The translations under genes were made by a program, and so were the position numbers. From positions 2,073,232-2,117,770 of the forward strand of contig NW_003314279.1 in NCBI RefSeq assembly GCF_000143415.4: a stretch of 44,539 bases of DNA, written 5' to 3'. Below, piece by piece: positions 11,140 through 21,247 of the stretch. Every line of letters begins with the position of its first letter. Position 1 is the stretch's first letter. The notes below the pieces were generated by a model. The model was not told the DNA's origin. It saw only the letters and a list, made by a program, of their open reading frames with translations, and did not search any database. The stretch comes from Selaginella moellendorffii. Taxonomy: Eukaryota; Plantae; Lycopodiophyta.

Positions 11140-12519
11140 ATGGAGGAAGAAGCTCAATCGTTCTTCGATTCGGCCCCGCCTCTCCGATGCCGCGACGATG
11201 TGGTCGCGAGCGTGAATCGCTTCTTGGATATCTGGAAGGCGGCATCGGCCATCGGCCAGGTTTTATCCTTACTACTAGCATTTCTCGTATTTTGGAGCTG
11301 AATCGCGTGATTCTAGACGACGCGCATTGCCATTGTTACATCCGGGGGCACGACCGTGCCCTTGGAGCGACGATGCGTTAGGGTCATTGACAATTTCAGC
11401 TCGGGGAGTCGAGGAGCAGCCTCCACAGAGTGCGTTATTCTTTCTACTCATTCTTCTTTTATGATTCTTTTTTTTTTGCAAGGTACTTCCTTGCAAGTGA
11501 CTATGCTGTGATTTTCCTTCATCGGAGGCAAGCAGCACTCTTTTTTTCTTTTGCAAATGGTGATGCTACTTTCGTGAAATACTTTTTAGAGGATCTATGC
11601 AGCCATTTTGCCGCTCGCTGCCGGATAATCCCATACAAGAATGTCTCGAACCTGTGGATGGATCCATCCGGGGTAAGCGAAATCTGCCTTTTATTTCTTC
11701 GAGAGTTTAACTCCCGCTTCGCAGCACGAGAAAAATGGTTTGATGCTGTGACTCGGGCAGTCACAGGACATCATTCTGTAAGCTCAGTTCTTGTTTCTCT
11801 TCTTGAGTTCTTAAGAATCAAAACAGGCGGTGCTCCAGAAGAAGCTCTTGAAGCTCGAGTTCACTACGCTCTTTGAGTACCTCCAAGTAAGAAACGTGCC
11901 GCGCAAACTCTGGTTTGTATGACGGTTTTTCGTGGCAGATTTTAGAGATTGTTGGAGCTGCCATGAAACCAGTTGGCAGGCATGCTATGTTTTACTTTGC
12001 AGCGGCTGTCTCCGACTTCTACGTCCCCTGGAACTCCATGGTAAGAACTTCTCGTCTTCTCTCGTTTTGTTTTCGGTGGAAATCTCAAAAATAATCTTCT
12101 CTATCCAGATGGAGCACAAGATCCAGTCGGATGACGGCTCGATGACAATGCAGCTCGCTCCGGTTCCAAAGATGCTTGGATTGTTACGAAAGCATTGGGC
12201 TCCGGAGGCCTTTTGCGTCTCGTTCAAGGTTTTTCATTTCCTTCTTCTCTATAGCAGCTCAATCGAGCAAAGTTTTCTCTCGTATCAGCTGGAAACGGAC
12301 GTGGACATACTCCTCAAGAAAGCACGCTCGTCGCTTTGCAAGTATGGCATGCACGCGGTGGTCGCCAACGAGCTCGAAACGAGGAAGAACAAGGTCGTGG
12401 TTGTGACGAGAAAAGTAGAGATGGTTTTGGAAAAGGGTGACTGCTCCGACATAGAGTTGCCGCTGGTGAATTGTCTGGTCGCCCAGCAGACCATGTATCT
12501 CCAGCAGCAACAAGCATGA
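11140..12519 (+). CDS. PPCS: Phosphopantothenate-cysteine ligase (CoA biosynthesis), 9 exons, 308 aa
   Basis: Manual splice: 11140-11259, 11317-11429, 11483-11527, 11590-11672, 11725-11777, 11827-11886, 11939-12040, 12109-12228, 12289-12519. This gives 927 nt of open frame. Family motifs present: [71 protein letters not shown]. Confidence 0.92.
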
Positions 12520-13495
12520 ATTTGGCAGCCGCTCGTCCCATCAAGTCCTCCACAAGCCAAGTCCACTCACTCGCGAGTTCTTCCTTGTCTCAAACACTTC
12601 CCGGCTCCCAGGTCTTCCTCTCCAATCTCCTCATATAAATGTATGGAAGATGCGGCCGACGCTCTCTTGGTTTTTGAGGGGTCTTGTTTGATCTCTTGTT
12701 CTTGGCATATGCCCAAAACGGACATCCGGACGACCTTGGCGATGCCATGGGTCAGAGACATTGTGGCCAATTGTGGCATATGCATCTTGTTAAAGAGCTT
12801 AAAATAGATGCTCAAAGAATCTTGTAGGGGGCATATTGGCGCCAAGTTCAGCGCGAGGGATGTTTGAAGTGATGCCCGAGCCAGATCTTGTGTGGAGCGT
12901 GATCTCGTGTCCTTGGCCAGAGTCTGCGGCATCTGATGAGCAGTAGCTGGGCATAGGCGGACAAGCTAATCCCCTGCTAGTGCTTCTTACAAATGCTCAG
13001 CTAATTTCTTATGCCGAGCGGGGCAATTGGATCCGCTAAGCTTTCCTTTGATGCTATGCCGGGAAGGGATCAAGTATCCTAGAATGCTAAAAATTTTGTG
13101 CCAGGCATTTGTCACTGTCGAAACTGATGCTTGATAGTGTTCCTTATCATATTGGAATGCAATGTTATCAGCAGCATCTTCAGTTTTCCGAATCAGTTTC
13201 TTTCATCAAATGCCAGACGTGTCTTGGAATGCAATGTTTTTCCTCATGCTTGTTTGGGATGTTATTTCCTTCAACACCATATTGGGCAGTATGCAGCTTG
13301 GAGGGAAACAAGGTATCGTTTTTCAAGTAACGGAAACACTAAGGATACTATCCCTGACACCCTTTGGTCAGTTGGATCCAATACTTACAGTGGCTCTTTT
13401 GGACCATCTATTGCTGGACTCACTACAACGAGGGAATGTGTTAATCTTCTTAAAGCGTTCATATGTGTGGAGCTAAAGAAGTTGTACTTGCTATG
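12516..13495 (+). pseudogene. PLS-class PPR pseudogene, deletion-collapsed paralogue of 39021-40961
   Basis: A colinear patchwork of blocks matching 39021-40850 (e.g. caaacacttcccggctcccaggtcttcctctccaatctcctcat; atgccgggaagggatcaagtatcct; tgggatgttatttccttcaacaccatattgg), separated by many deletions and frameshifts. Confidence 0.85.
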
Positions 13496-14869
13496 TAAAC
13501 AATTGTGAAGTACTAATGAGGAATAAGCCTTTGTTGTTTCAATGGTTTAGATTTTTGGTTATATATTTCTTACGGTTTGAATTACATCATAAGATCTAAA
13601 TTTTAACGAATAAAATTCACTTTTATGGCCTGCGATGGAGGAAAGAGTGCCCAGCATGGTGATCAGGATTTTTCGATTTACTAGGTTGGTAGCCAAGTGC
13701 TTCGATCAAGCTAGCTTGCCCTATCGTTCATATCTTTCTGTGGCGGAAACAAGCTATGGCACCAGTGTATATGCCGAGTCCGCTGCTCCAAGCAACCTCT
13801 AAACGTCTCAGATTCTCTGCCAAGTTTTACTCCTTCCTGGTTTTGCTGGCTGCTTATAGTGCATTTCATGCTTTGGCTGGCTGGATCTAGGACTTTATTC
13901 TTAGCAACATAGAAGTGTCCACTGCTTTGTGGTTGTAGACGTTTACAACGAGCATGCCGAAAATCTATTTGAGCTTTGCCTTATCTATAATCTGACCTGA
14001 CGCTTGTACTTAGCAGGCTTTTATTCCAGTGTCAAGCAAGCATATGGCTCTAGAGAATGAAACTCCAGCTAGAATCATCCAACTCCAGCTTCATCCACTG
14101 GATCAGCTTGCTGGTGGCAGCATTCACGTAGCCCAAGCCAAATGATCTGGATGACGTTCCACGCATGTTCTATTAATCCCATTGTTTGCTCTTAACATTC
14201 CCCAAAGACATCAGTGGATTCATTGATTACAATGATACGTTATGTGACTTTATCTTTCTTTTTTCACATTCCTGCAAAGCAGTTTCTTCAGTCCAAGGAC
14301 ACCCATCAGTGAGTGCTCAATGTGAAACTTTCTTTGCTGCCTCTGACCTTGTGCTTTCAAGGTCCAAGTAAGGAGTCTCCTAATGAACTCATTGTGTTTT
14401 TTATTGACTCTCTTGCAGGTTTGTGCCAGCTTGATCAGATGCTTGAGCACTATCAATTCAAAGTGCCTGCACCTGTAACCTGTTTTTTACCTGACGTTGC
14501 TCAAGTGTTTTCAGATTGATTAGTGTTTTATAGATGTCGTAGATACTCACATAGGCTGTCAAGTGATGTCTACTAGGTGTGGTGACAAGATTTGGTGACA
14601 CTTCCAAGAAATTTTTGAGACTTTAGTAATCTAACGTACTTAATATAAGTTATGTCCGATTAAGAAAATGATGAATCCTATCAAAACAAATGGGAAGTGT
14701 TAAATTTTATTTATAATGATAACTCTGAAATAAGAAGAACAGAAAATCAATCAAGCTGCACTAATGCGAAGCTCAATCATGTATTGTGATTTGACTAAAT
14801 TAAATATTAAATCAGATTAAAATAAGCTATATAAAAATAAAAAATGAGGTTTAGATCAACATTTGATTT

Positions 14870-15420
14870 CTATCAAACCTCAAAAATATCATTTTAAAAG
14901 TAGCAAATTCCTGATATATCACATATACTTGCTCCAATTGATTTGGGAGCAATTGAGTTTATAGTAGTTTTAAGGGAATTTAAGCAATTTATACAACTAT
15001 AACTTGGAGGAAGGGAAGAATAACAAATTACCATAAATAATTCCTTTATGCTCATGATTAGGATATATTCATGATATATTGTTATTGATCAAAAGACTAT
15101 AAACAATAGGTAAATTTCTTTCAAATAGGTGATACTATTATATCTAACTATGCCTGGCTCTGGTGCATCAAAAGGGCAAAAATTTGAATGTAATTCTTGT
15201 ATCTTTAGTATTGTTAGAGCTAAAAACTTAGAATTTTCATTTCTAACTACTGAAAATAGAAAAGATAAACTACTATGTTGAGGAATGTATTCATAAATAT
15301 GAAAGGTGAAGTTATATAGTGATAATTTTAATAGTAAATATTTAATTTTTTATCTAGCTGGTGAAGAAATTAATAAAAACTGCAGTTGGCTTGGTTAAAT
15401 AACAATAAGAATAAGACCTT
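14870..15420 (+). repeat. AT-rich segment duplicated at ~41138-41630 (distal end of the segmental duplication)
   Basis: Shared colinear blocks such as tatcaaacctcaaaaatatcat, caattgattt, gaatttaagcaattt, catgattagga and agaaattaataa. Confidence 0.7.
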
Positions 15421-16559
15421 GAAATATATATATATATATAAAATTGTTATCTATAATTTTAAGGTTTAATTGGGCTTTTTTTCAGCAGAACTGTATGAAA
15501 TAAATTATCAGAGAAATATACAAAAAAATTTAAATATAAAAGAAACAAAACTTTACCATCATTTCAGTTATTAATAAAACTATTTGTAAATCTCTATCAT
15601 TTATCATTTATATTCATTTATCTACAAAATTATTGTAATTAATAGATATAAGACACCAATCCTTAAGTCCTAAAATGGAGCCAAAAGGTGTGCTACATAG
15701 TAATGGCTGAGGCAAAAGTCTAATAAATATAAAATATTTGGAGTAAAAACTTTAACTTGAAAAGTTAAAAGTGGGAATGGAAATCTTAAAGAAGTGCTTG
15801 AGGAACAAATACTAAACAAGCAATGAATGGGTTTCTAAAAAGGATAAAAGAATGACTAATGTGTCTTGATATATAAAAGTGTCAAAATTGAAGTGCTAAA
15901 CTCTAATACTCAAAATAGAACAATGTCAAAACTATCTCACTTGACCAAAAAATATAATGTTTAAAGTGTTAGACTTATATAAGGCTAAATATATTCAAGC
16001 ATAAATATATCTAGAGGTGGGATGAAAGCCCAAAGCAATCATTTCATAGATTTTTGGGGGATTTGGGAAATTTCTATGGAATAGTAAAAGGGGATTACTC
16101 TAGGAAAACCTTGTGTGACTAAGGAACATTATACCTATATAGTGGGTGATAATATAAATATTAGAAAGTCTAAAGCTAGATTAAACATTGATGGATAAGT
16201 AGAGTGACTTGATGAAATATTTAAAAGTTAGCTCTAATTCCTTTGAAAGATTAAATTCAATACTCCTAATCTATGTATGGGTGGCACTATTTACTTAGAT
16301 ACTTTATATGGTTTATCAAAACCTCAATCTAGCCACGTAGTTGGAGGTGGGGAGAATATTCATAATATTCACACTTAATTTTAGTGTTTTGAAATGTCAT
16401 TTAAAAGTCCTTCACTGTATAAAGAAAGAGGAATATATAAGGAACCAACTCCTTGTAGGTTAAAAGATCTTTGAAACTATAATTGAAATGATAAATAGTT
16501 CATTAGATGAAATTAAGTCCAAGATTGAAATCGAATTTAAGACTGAGTCCAAGATTTGA

Positions 16560-18902
16560 GATTTAATCTCGTTTTTTTTTTATTTTAGGGTGAATTCTCA
16601 AAAGATTTGCATTATGGTGATAGAGTGTCCGCCAAGAGACACTTATTATCATGCTTCTTGTGTTGGGTCCTATTGGATGTTTATAGAAAATGTCTAGATT
16701 TTCTAGTTAGGTAGATGCATCATTGCTACTAGCATTAGTGCTTAAGAATGAGTGTGCCCAACTATAAAATTCTAGGTCCCATGTCTAAATTTTAAGAATT
16801 TTTTGAATTTTCTTCTTTTTTAAACTAAGAATAATTATTTTCTCCTCTTTGCACCTTGGTTGTTGATTGAATTAAGCAATGGAGCTAATGGGTTTGTAAA
16901 TCTTGTTGAGCACTTTATTTTAATATCACAAATTTCTTAATTCCGTTCATGCAAATAAGTTGTATTCATGATATGTGTAATAGTCATTTTAAAAGTTTGA
17001 TATATAAAAGATCTTCAACTATTTTAATCTTTCTTTGGCTTGTCAGATAAATTTATTTATAAGCTTTCTCTAGAATGTGAGTTTTAGTCCAAGATCAAGC
17101 AATTTATAGAGCTTTTTACTTGGGTTCTTTTATTTAGAGTGTAAAAAAAGTTTAGGGCATTCTCACGCAATTTTGAGTAATATAGATAGATCGTTCTTAC
17201 ATGGCTAAATAAATCTTGGATAAAGCTTTTTGGCGAGCCTTAGAACAAAATTTTAAGAGTTAACAACTGTAAGATTTTTATATTTTTTCATCCAGATATG
17301 TGTTTGCTAATTTTAGTGAGTTGTTTTAAGTATATTTGAGTGAGATTTTTAGGTTTATCTTTCATACAAGACTGTTATAAATGTTTTTAGAGTTTTGTTT
17401 CATGATTTTTAGAGTAGTATACAAAAATTTTAAGTGTCTTTTCTTTTTAGCTTTATGTTATTTATTAGGAATTCAAGGCTTCATCTCTTAAAACATTTGG
17501 TGTTTTTAAAGTTTAAAACTTTTTCCTTATATATTTATCCCTTGCATCATGTTATGGTTTATTTTAGTGCCCTAGAGTATATATAGCTATTTCATGTCTT
17601 ATTTTAATAATCTCTTTTGATGAGAAGCTTTTACTTGAATGGAAAACAACATTTAGTATATAGTGAGTGCATAAGAGGTTATAAGTGTTATAAAGAGTGA
17701 TTTTAAAATCCTTGAATGTCTAGCAAACATAAACCTTTGTGATTGAGCTCTCTAAGCTCTAGACTAGCATCAAAGCAAGTACCTAATTTCAGTATTTAGC
17801 GCATTTTAGAAGTATGATGCTTATTTATACTTGTTGGTCAAGTGTTATTGCTATATAAACTCCTCTTTACACACATATAACTTAGAGGAATTCTTAAGGC
17901 TTTTATGTCAGCTTAACTACTAAATGGTGTTCTAAGTAAGTAAGTCTTCATTGTTTATAATAGATTCCAAAGAGGAGCACAATCAAAACATTATACCAAT
18001 AGTGGAAACTATTTATATTCTTTATAGGGCAATAGACTTTTCAAAGTTCTATCTTGGATCAAGTGTTTTGACTCGTAATAACATTGATCAATTTCAAACT
18101 TACTTACGATACAACAAAATCACTAAAGATGCTTTGTCCCAAAAATTATTCTTGAGATCCTTGAAAGCAAGAGCAGCACATTGGGCATCTTTCTTGCTTC
18201 CAAATGAATGATGATCATTTTCTATAATGATTGATAAGTTTTTCAAATAATTTGGAATTGAGAAAATTGACTAACAACTCTATATGAACTGTTTTAATTT
18301 TGGCAAATGCTACAAAAGAGTATTAGTAACTACACTATCCAATTTAAGAAGCATTGGTGTGCATGCTTGCTATAGAGGCTGATAGCAAATGAGAAGTCCA
18401 TGGTGTTGGCATTCATCCAAGGACTCAAACTTGAAATACAATGTAAAGTCCTCAAGTGCCAATATGAAACTTGCAAAATAACATTTGGCCATGCATTAGG
18501 GGTGGAAAAGGACATACTCTTTGAGCTTGGCATGCATCACAACATTCACTCTCAGCCAAGCTTCCAAGCCCAAATATGTGCTATTGTCGAACTAGCATAT
18601 GTCGTTAAGGACAAAATGCCCATAGTGATTGAGTTAACACTCAATGAGCTTAAGGAGCATTGAGCACTTGTGCAGCAGTAAACCCAATAACAAAAGAAGC
18701 TTGTGGAGGAGCTACAATCTTTTTTAGGATGTAAATTGAAACTCGGCGGTATTACTGGTGGTGTGAGGAATGCAAAGTTAATACACACAACATTGTGAGG
18801 TGTTAGAACTCCATCTAGAACTTTGGCTTTAGTGACCACATTGAGTCCAACAACAACCACTTGCAAACAACAATGCCCTAGTTTCATCTTCCACAGATAG
18901 TC
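16560..18902 (+). mobile_element. Decayed LTR-retrotransposon fragment with gag-like relic
   Basis: Residual peptides IDQFQTYLRYNKITKDALSQKLFLRSLKARAAHW (17951-18211) and MVLAFIQGLKLEIQ (18400-) resemble retrotransposon gag. Possible decayed tRNA-Met PBS (tagcatcaaagc, ~17765). Three copies in the window. Confidence 0.62.
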
Positions 18903-19997
18903 ATGAGAGTGATAGTCCGGGGCATTGAGCCAAACATGGTGACTTACAACAGCTTGAGCCATGGCTTTTACATGGCCAACAGGGTAGACCCCACACTTTT
19001 GCTGATGGAAGAGATGAGAGCAACAAAGTGCCTTCCGGATATCATCACCTACAACACACTTATTGACGGACTTTGCAAGACGGGAAGGGTGCCAGAAGCG
19101 AACAGGCTGTTTGGAGACATGAAGGCCAAGTTTTGCAACCTGGATGTTATCATGTACAGCTGCTTGATCGGCGGGTTTTGTAAGCTGGAGAGGATCAACA
19201 TGGCTTGCACGTTGTTCGACGACACGCTCAAGCAGGCAATCCTCCCCGATGTCGTCACTTTCTCGACACTAGTGGAAGGATACTGTAATGCTGGACTGGT
19301 GGATGATGCCGAGAGGCTTCTGGAAGAGATGGTTGCCAGTGACTGCTCTCCGGACGTGTATACTTACACAAGCCTGGTCGACGGCTTCTGCAAAGTCGGA
19401 AGAATGGTGGAGGCGCGCAGAGTTCTCAAGCGAATGGCCAAGCGGGGATGCCAGCCCAACGTGGTGTGGTGACACCGCTCTCACCGCTCTACACCGCTCT
19501 CATTGACGCGTTCTGCAGAGCTGGGAAGCCGACGGTGGCTTACAAGCTGCTGGAGGAGATGGTTGGCAACGGCCGAACGTTATCACGTACAGGAGCTTGA
19601 TCGGTGGCTTCTGTGGGACTGGGGACCTGGAAGAGGCTCGCAAGATGCTCGAGAGACTGGAGCGCGACGAGAACTGCAAGGCGGATATGTTCGCGTACCA
19701 GGTGATGATGGACGGGCTGTGTACCACAGGGAGAATGAGCGCAGCTCTGGAGCTTCTCGAGGCTATCAAGCAGAGTGGCACGCCTCCTCGCCACGATATC
19801 TATGTGGCCTTGATCAGGGGGCTGTGCCAGGGGAAAGAGCTCGGCAAGGCCCTGGAAGTTTTGGAAGAGATGACGCTCTCGAGGAAAAGCAGGCCAAATG
19901 CCGAGGCTTAGCGGTGATCCAGGAGCTAGCGAGAGAAGGGAGACACGAAGAGGCAAACGCGCTCGCGGACGAATTACTTGGTAACAAAGGCCAGTAA
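18903..19997 (+). pseudogene. P-class PPR pseudogene, copy B (frameshifted)
   Basis: ORFs 18903-19472 and 19597-19911 contain 35-aa PPR motifs. A slippage duplication at 19460-19502 (gtggtgtggtgacaccgctctcaccgctctacaccgctctc) and further indels break the frame. Confidence 0.85.
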
Positions 19998-20112
19998 AAA
20001 GAGATTTGTAATCACATATCCTGAATATTGTGTAAATACTATAGATGTTCTCCTGGGATGTTTCCCAAGGCTTTCGCAGAAATAGAGTTTAGTTTGAATT
20101 TGCTTCTAATTT

Positions 20113-20121
20113 TATATATAA
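20113..20121 (+). promoter_or_regulatory. Putative TATA box of MTPSL copy B
   Basis: TATATATAA starts 45 nt upstream of the ATG. The equivalent TATTTATAA lies upstream of copies A and 1. Confidence 0.4.
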
Positions 20122-20157
20122 GGCCCTCTTTCAGAGTTCACTTAGGACTCTTCTTTC

Positions 20158-21204
20158 ATGGCTGTTTCATCCATTGCGAGCATTTTCGCAGCAGAGAAAA
20201 GCTATTCCATTCCACCAGTGTGTCAACTCCTTGTCTCTCCAGTGCTGAATCCTCTGTACGATGCAAAGGCCGAGTCTCAGATCGATGCGTGGTGCGCGGA
20301 GTTTCTGAAGTTGCAACCTGGAAGCGAGAAAGCTGTGTTTGTTCAAGAAAGCAGGCTTGGATTGCTCGCGGCTTATGTTTACCCGACCATTCCATACGAG
20401 AAGATTGTTCCGGTTGGAAAGTTCTTCGCTTCGTTCTTTCTTGCAGATGACATTCTGGATAGCCCGGAGATCTCCTCGTCGGACATGAGGAATGTGGCAA
20501 CTGCATACAAGATGGTTTTAAAGGGAAGATTTGACGAGGCCACGCTTCCAGTGAAAAATCCGGAGCTGCTGAGGCAAATGAAGATGTTATCTGAGGTCTT
20601 GGAAGAATTGTCCCTCCATGTAGTGGATGAATCAGGCCGATTCGTGGATGCTATGACCAGGGTGCTCGACATGTTTGAGATTGAATCGAGCTGGCTTCGC
20701 AAGCAAATCATTCCCAACCTGGATACGTACCTCTGGCTGAGAGAGATCACATCTGGTGTGGCTCCTTGCTTTGCTCTGATTGATGGTTTACTGCAACTTA
20801 GGCTGGAGGAGCGTGGCGTGCTGGATCATCCTCTCATACGCAAGGTTGAGGAGATTGGGACGCACCACATTGCGCTCCACAATGACTTGATGTCGCTCAG
20901 GAAGGAGTGGGCGACAGGAAACTACCTCAACGCCGTGCCCATTCTCGCCAGCAATCGTAAGTGTGGCTTGAACGAGGCAATCGGCAAGGTTGCGAGCATG
21001 CTGAAGGATTTGGAGAAGGATTTCGCTCGGACAAAGCATGAGATCATTTCAAGTGGGCTTGCCATGAAGCAAGGAGTCATGGACTATGTGAACGGGATAG
21101 AGGTGTGGATGGCCGGAAACGTAGAATGGGGATGGACGAGCGCTAGATACCATGGAATTGGGTGGATCCCTCCTCCAGAAAAATCAGGGACCTTCCAACT
21201 CTAG
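20158..21204 (+). CDS. MTPSL: Microbial terpene synthase-like protein, copy B, 348 aa, intronless
   Basis: DDILD, NDLMSLRKE and WGWTSARY motifs, with 327/348 aa identical to copy A. From memory it resembles SmMTPSL17 of S. moellendorffii, which needs BLAST confirmation. Confidence 0.95.
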   Translation: MAVSSIASIFAAEKSYSIPPVCQLLVSPVLNPLYDAKAESQIDAWCAEFLKLQPGSEKAVFVQESRLGLLAAYVYPTIPYEKIVPVGKFFASFFLADDILDSPEISSSDMRNVATAYKMVLKGRFDEATLPVKNPELLRQMKMLSEVLEELSLHVVDESGRFVDAMTRVLDMFEIESSWLRKQIIPNLDTYLWLREITSGVAPCFALIDGLLQLRLEERGVLDHPLIRKVEEIGTHHIALHNDLMSLRKEWATGNYLNAVPILASNRKCGLNEAIGKVASMLKDLEKDFARTKHEIISSGLAMKQGVMDYVNGIEVWMAGNVEWGWTSARYHGIGWIPPPEKSGTFQL

Positions 21205-21247
21205 ATTGTTGCTCAGTTCCATCAAATAGTAAAAAATAATTTGTCTC

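Noticed and set aside
11430-12519. ORFs 11430-11876 and 11932-12519 as separate genes
   Set aside because: They are read-throughs of PPCS exons and introns.
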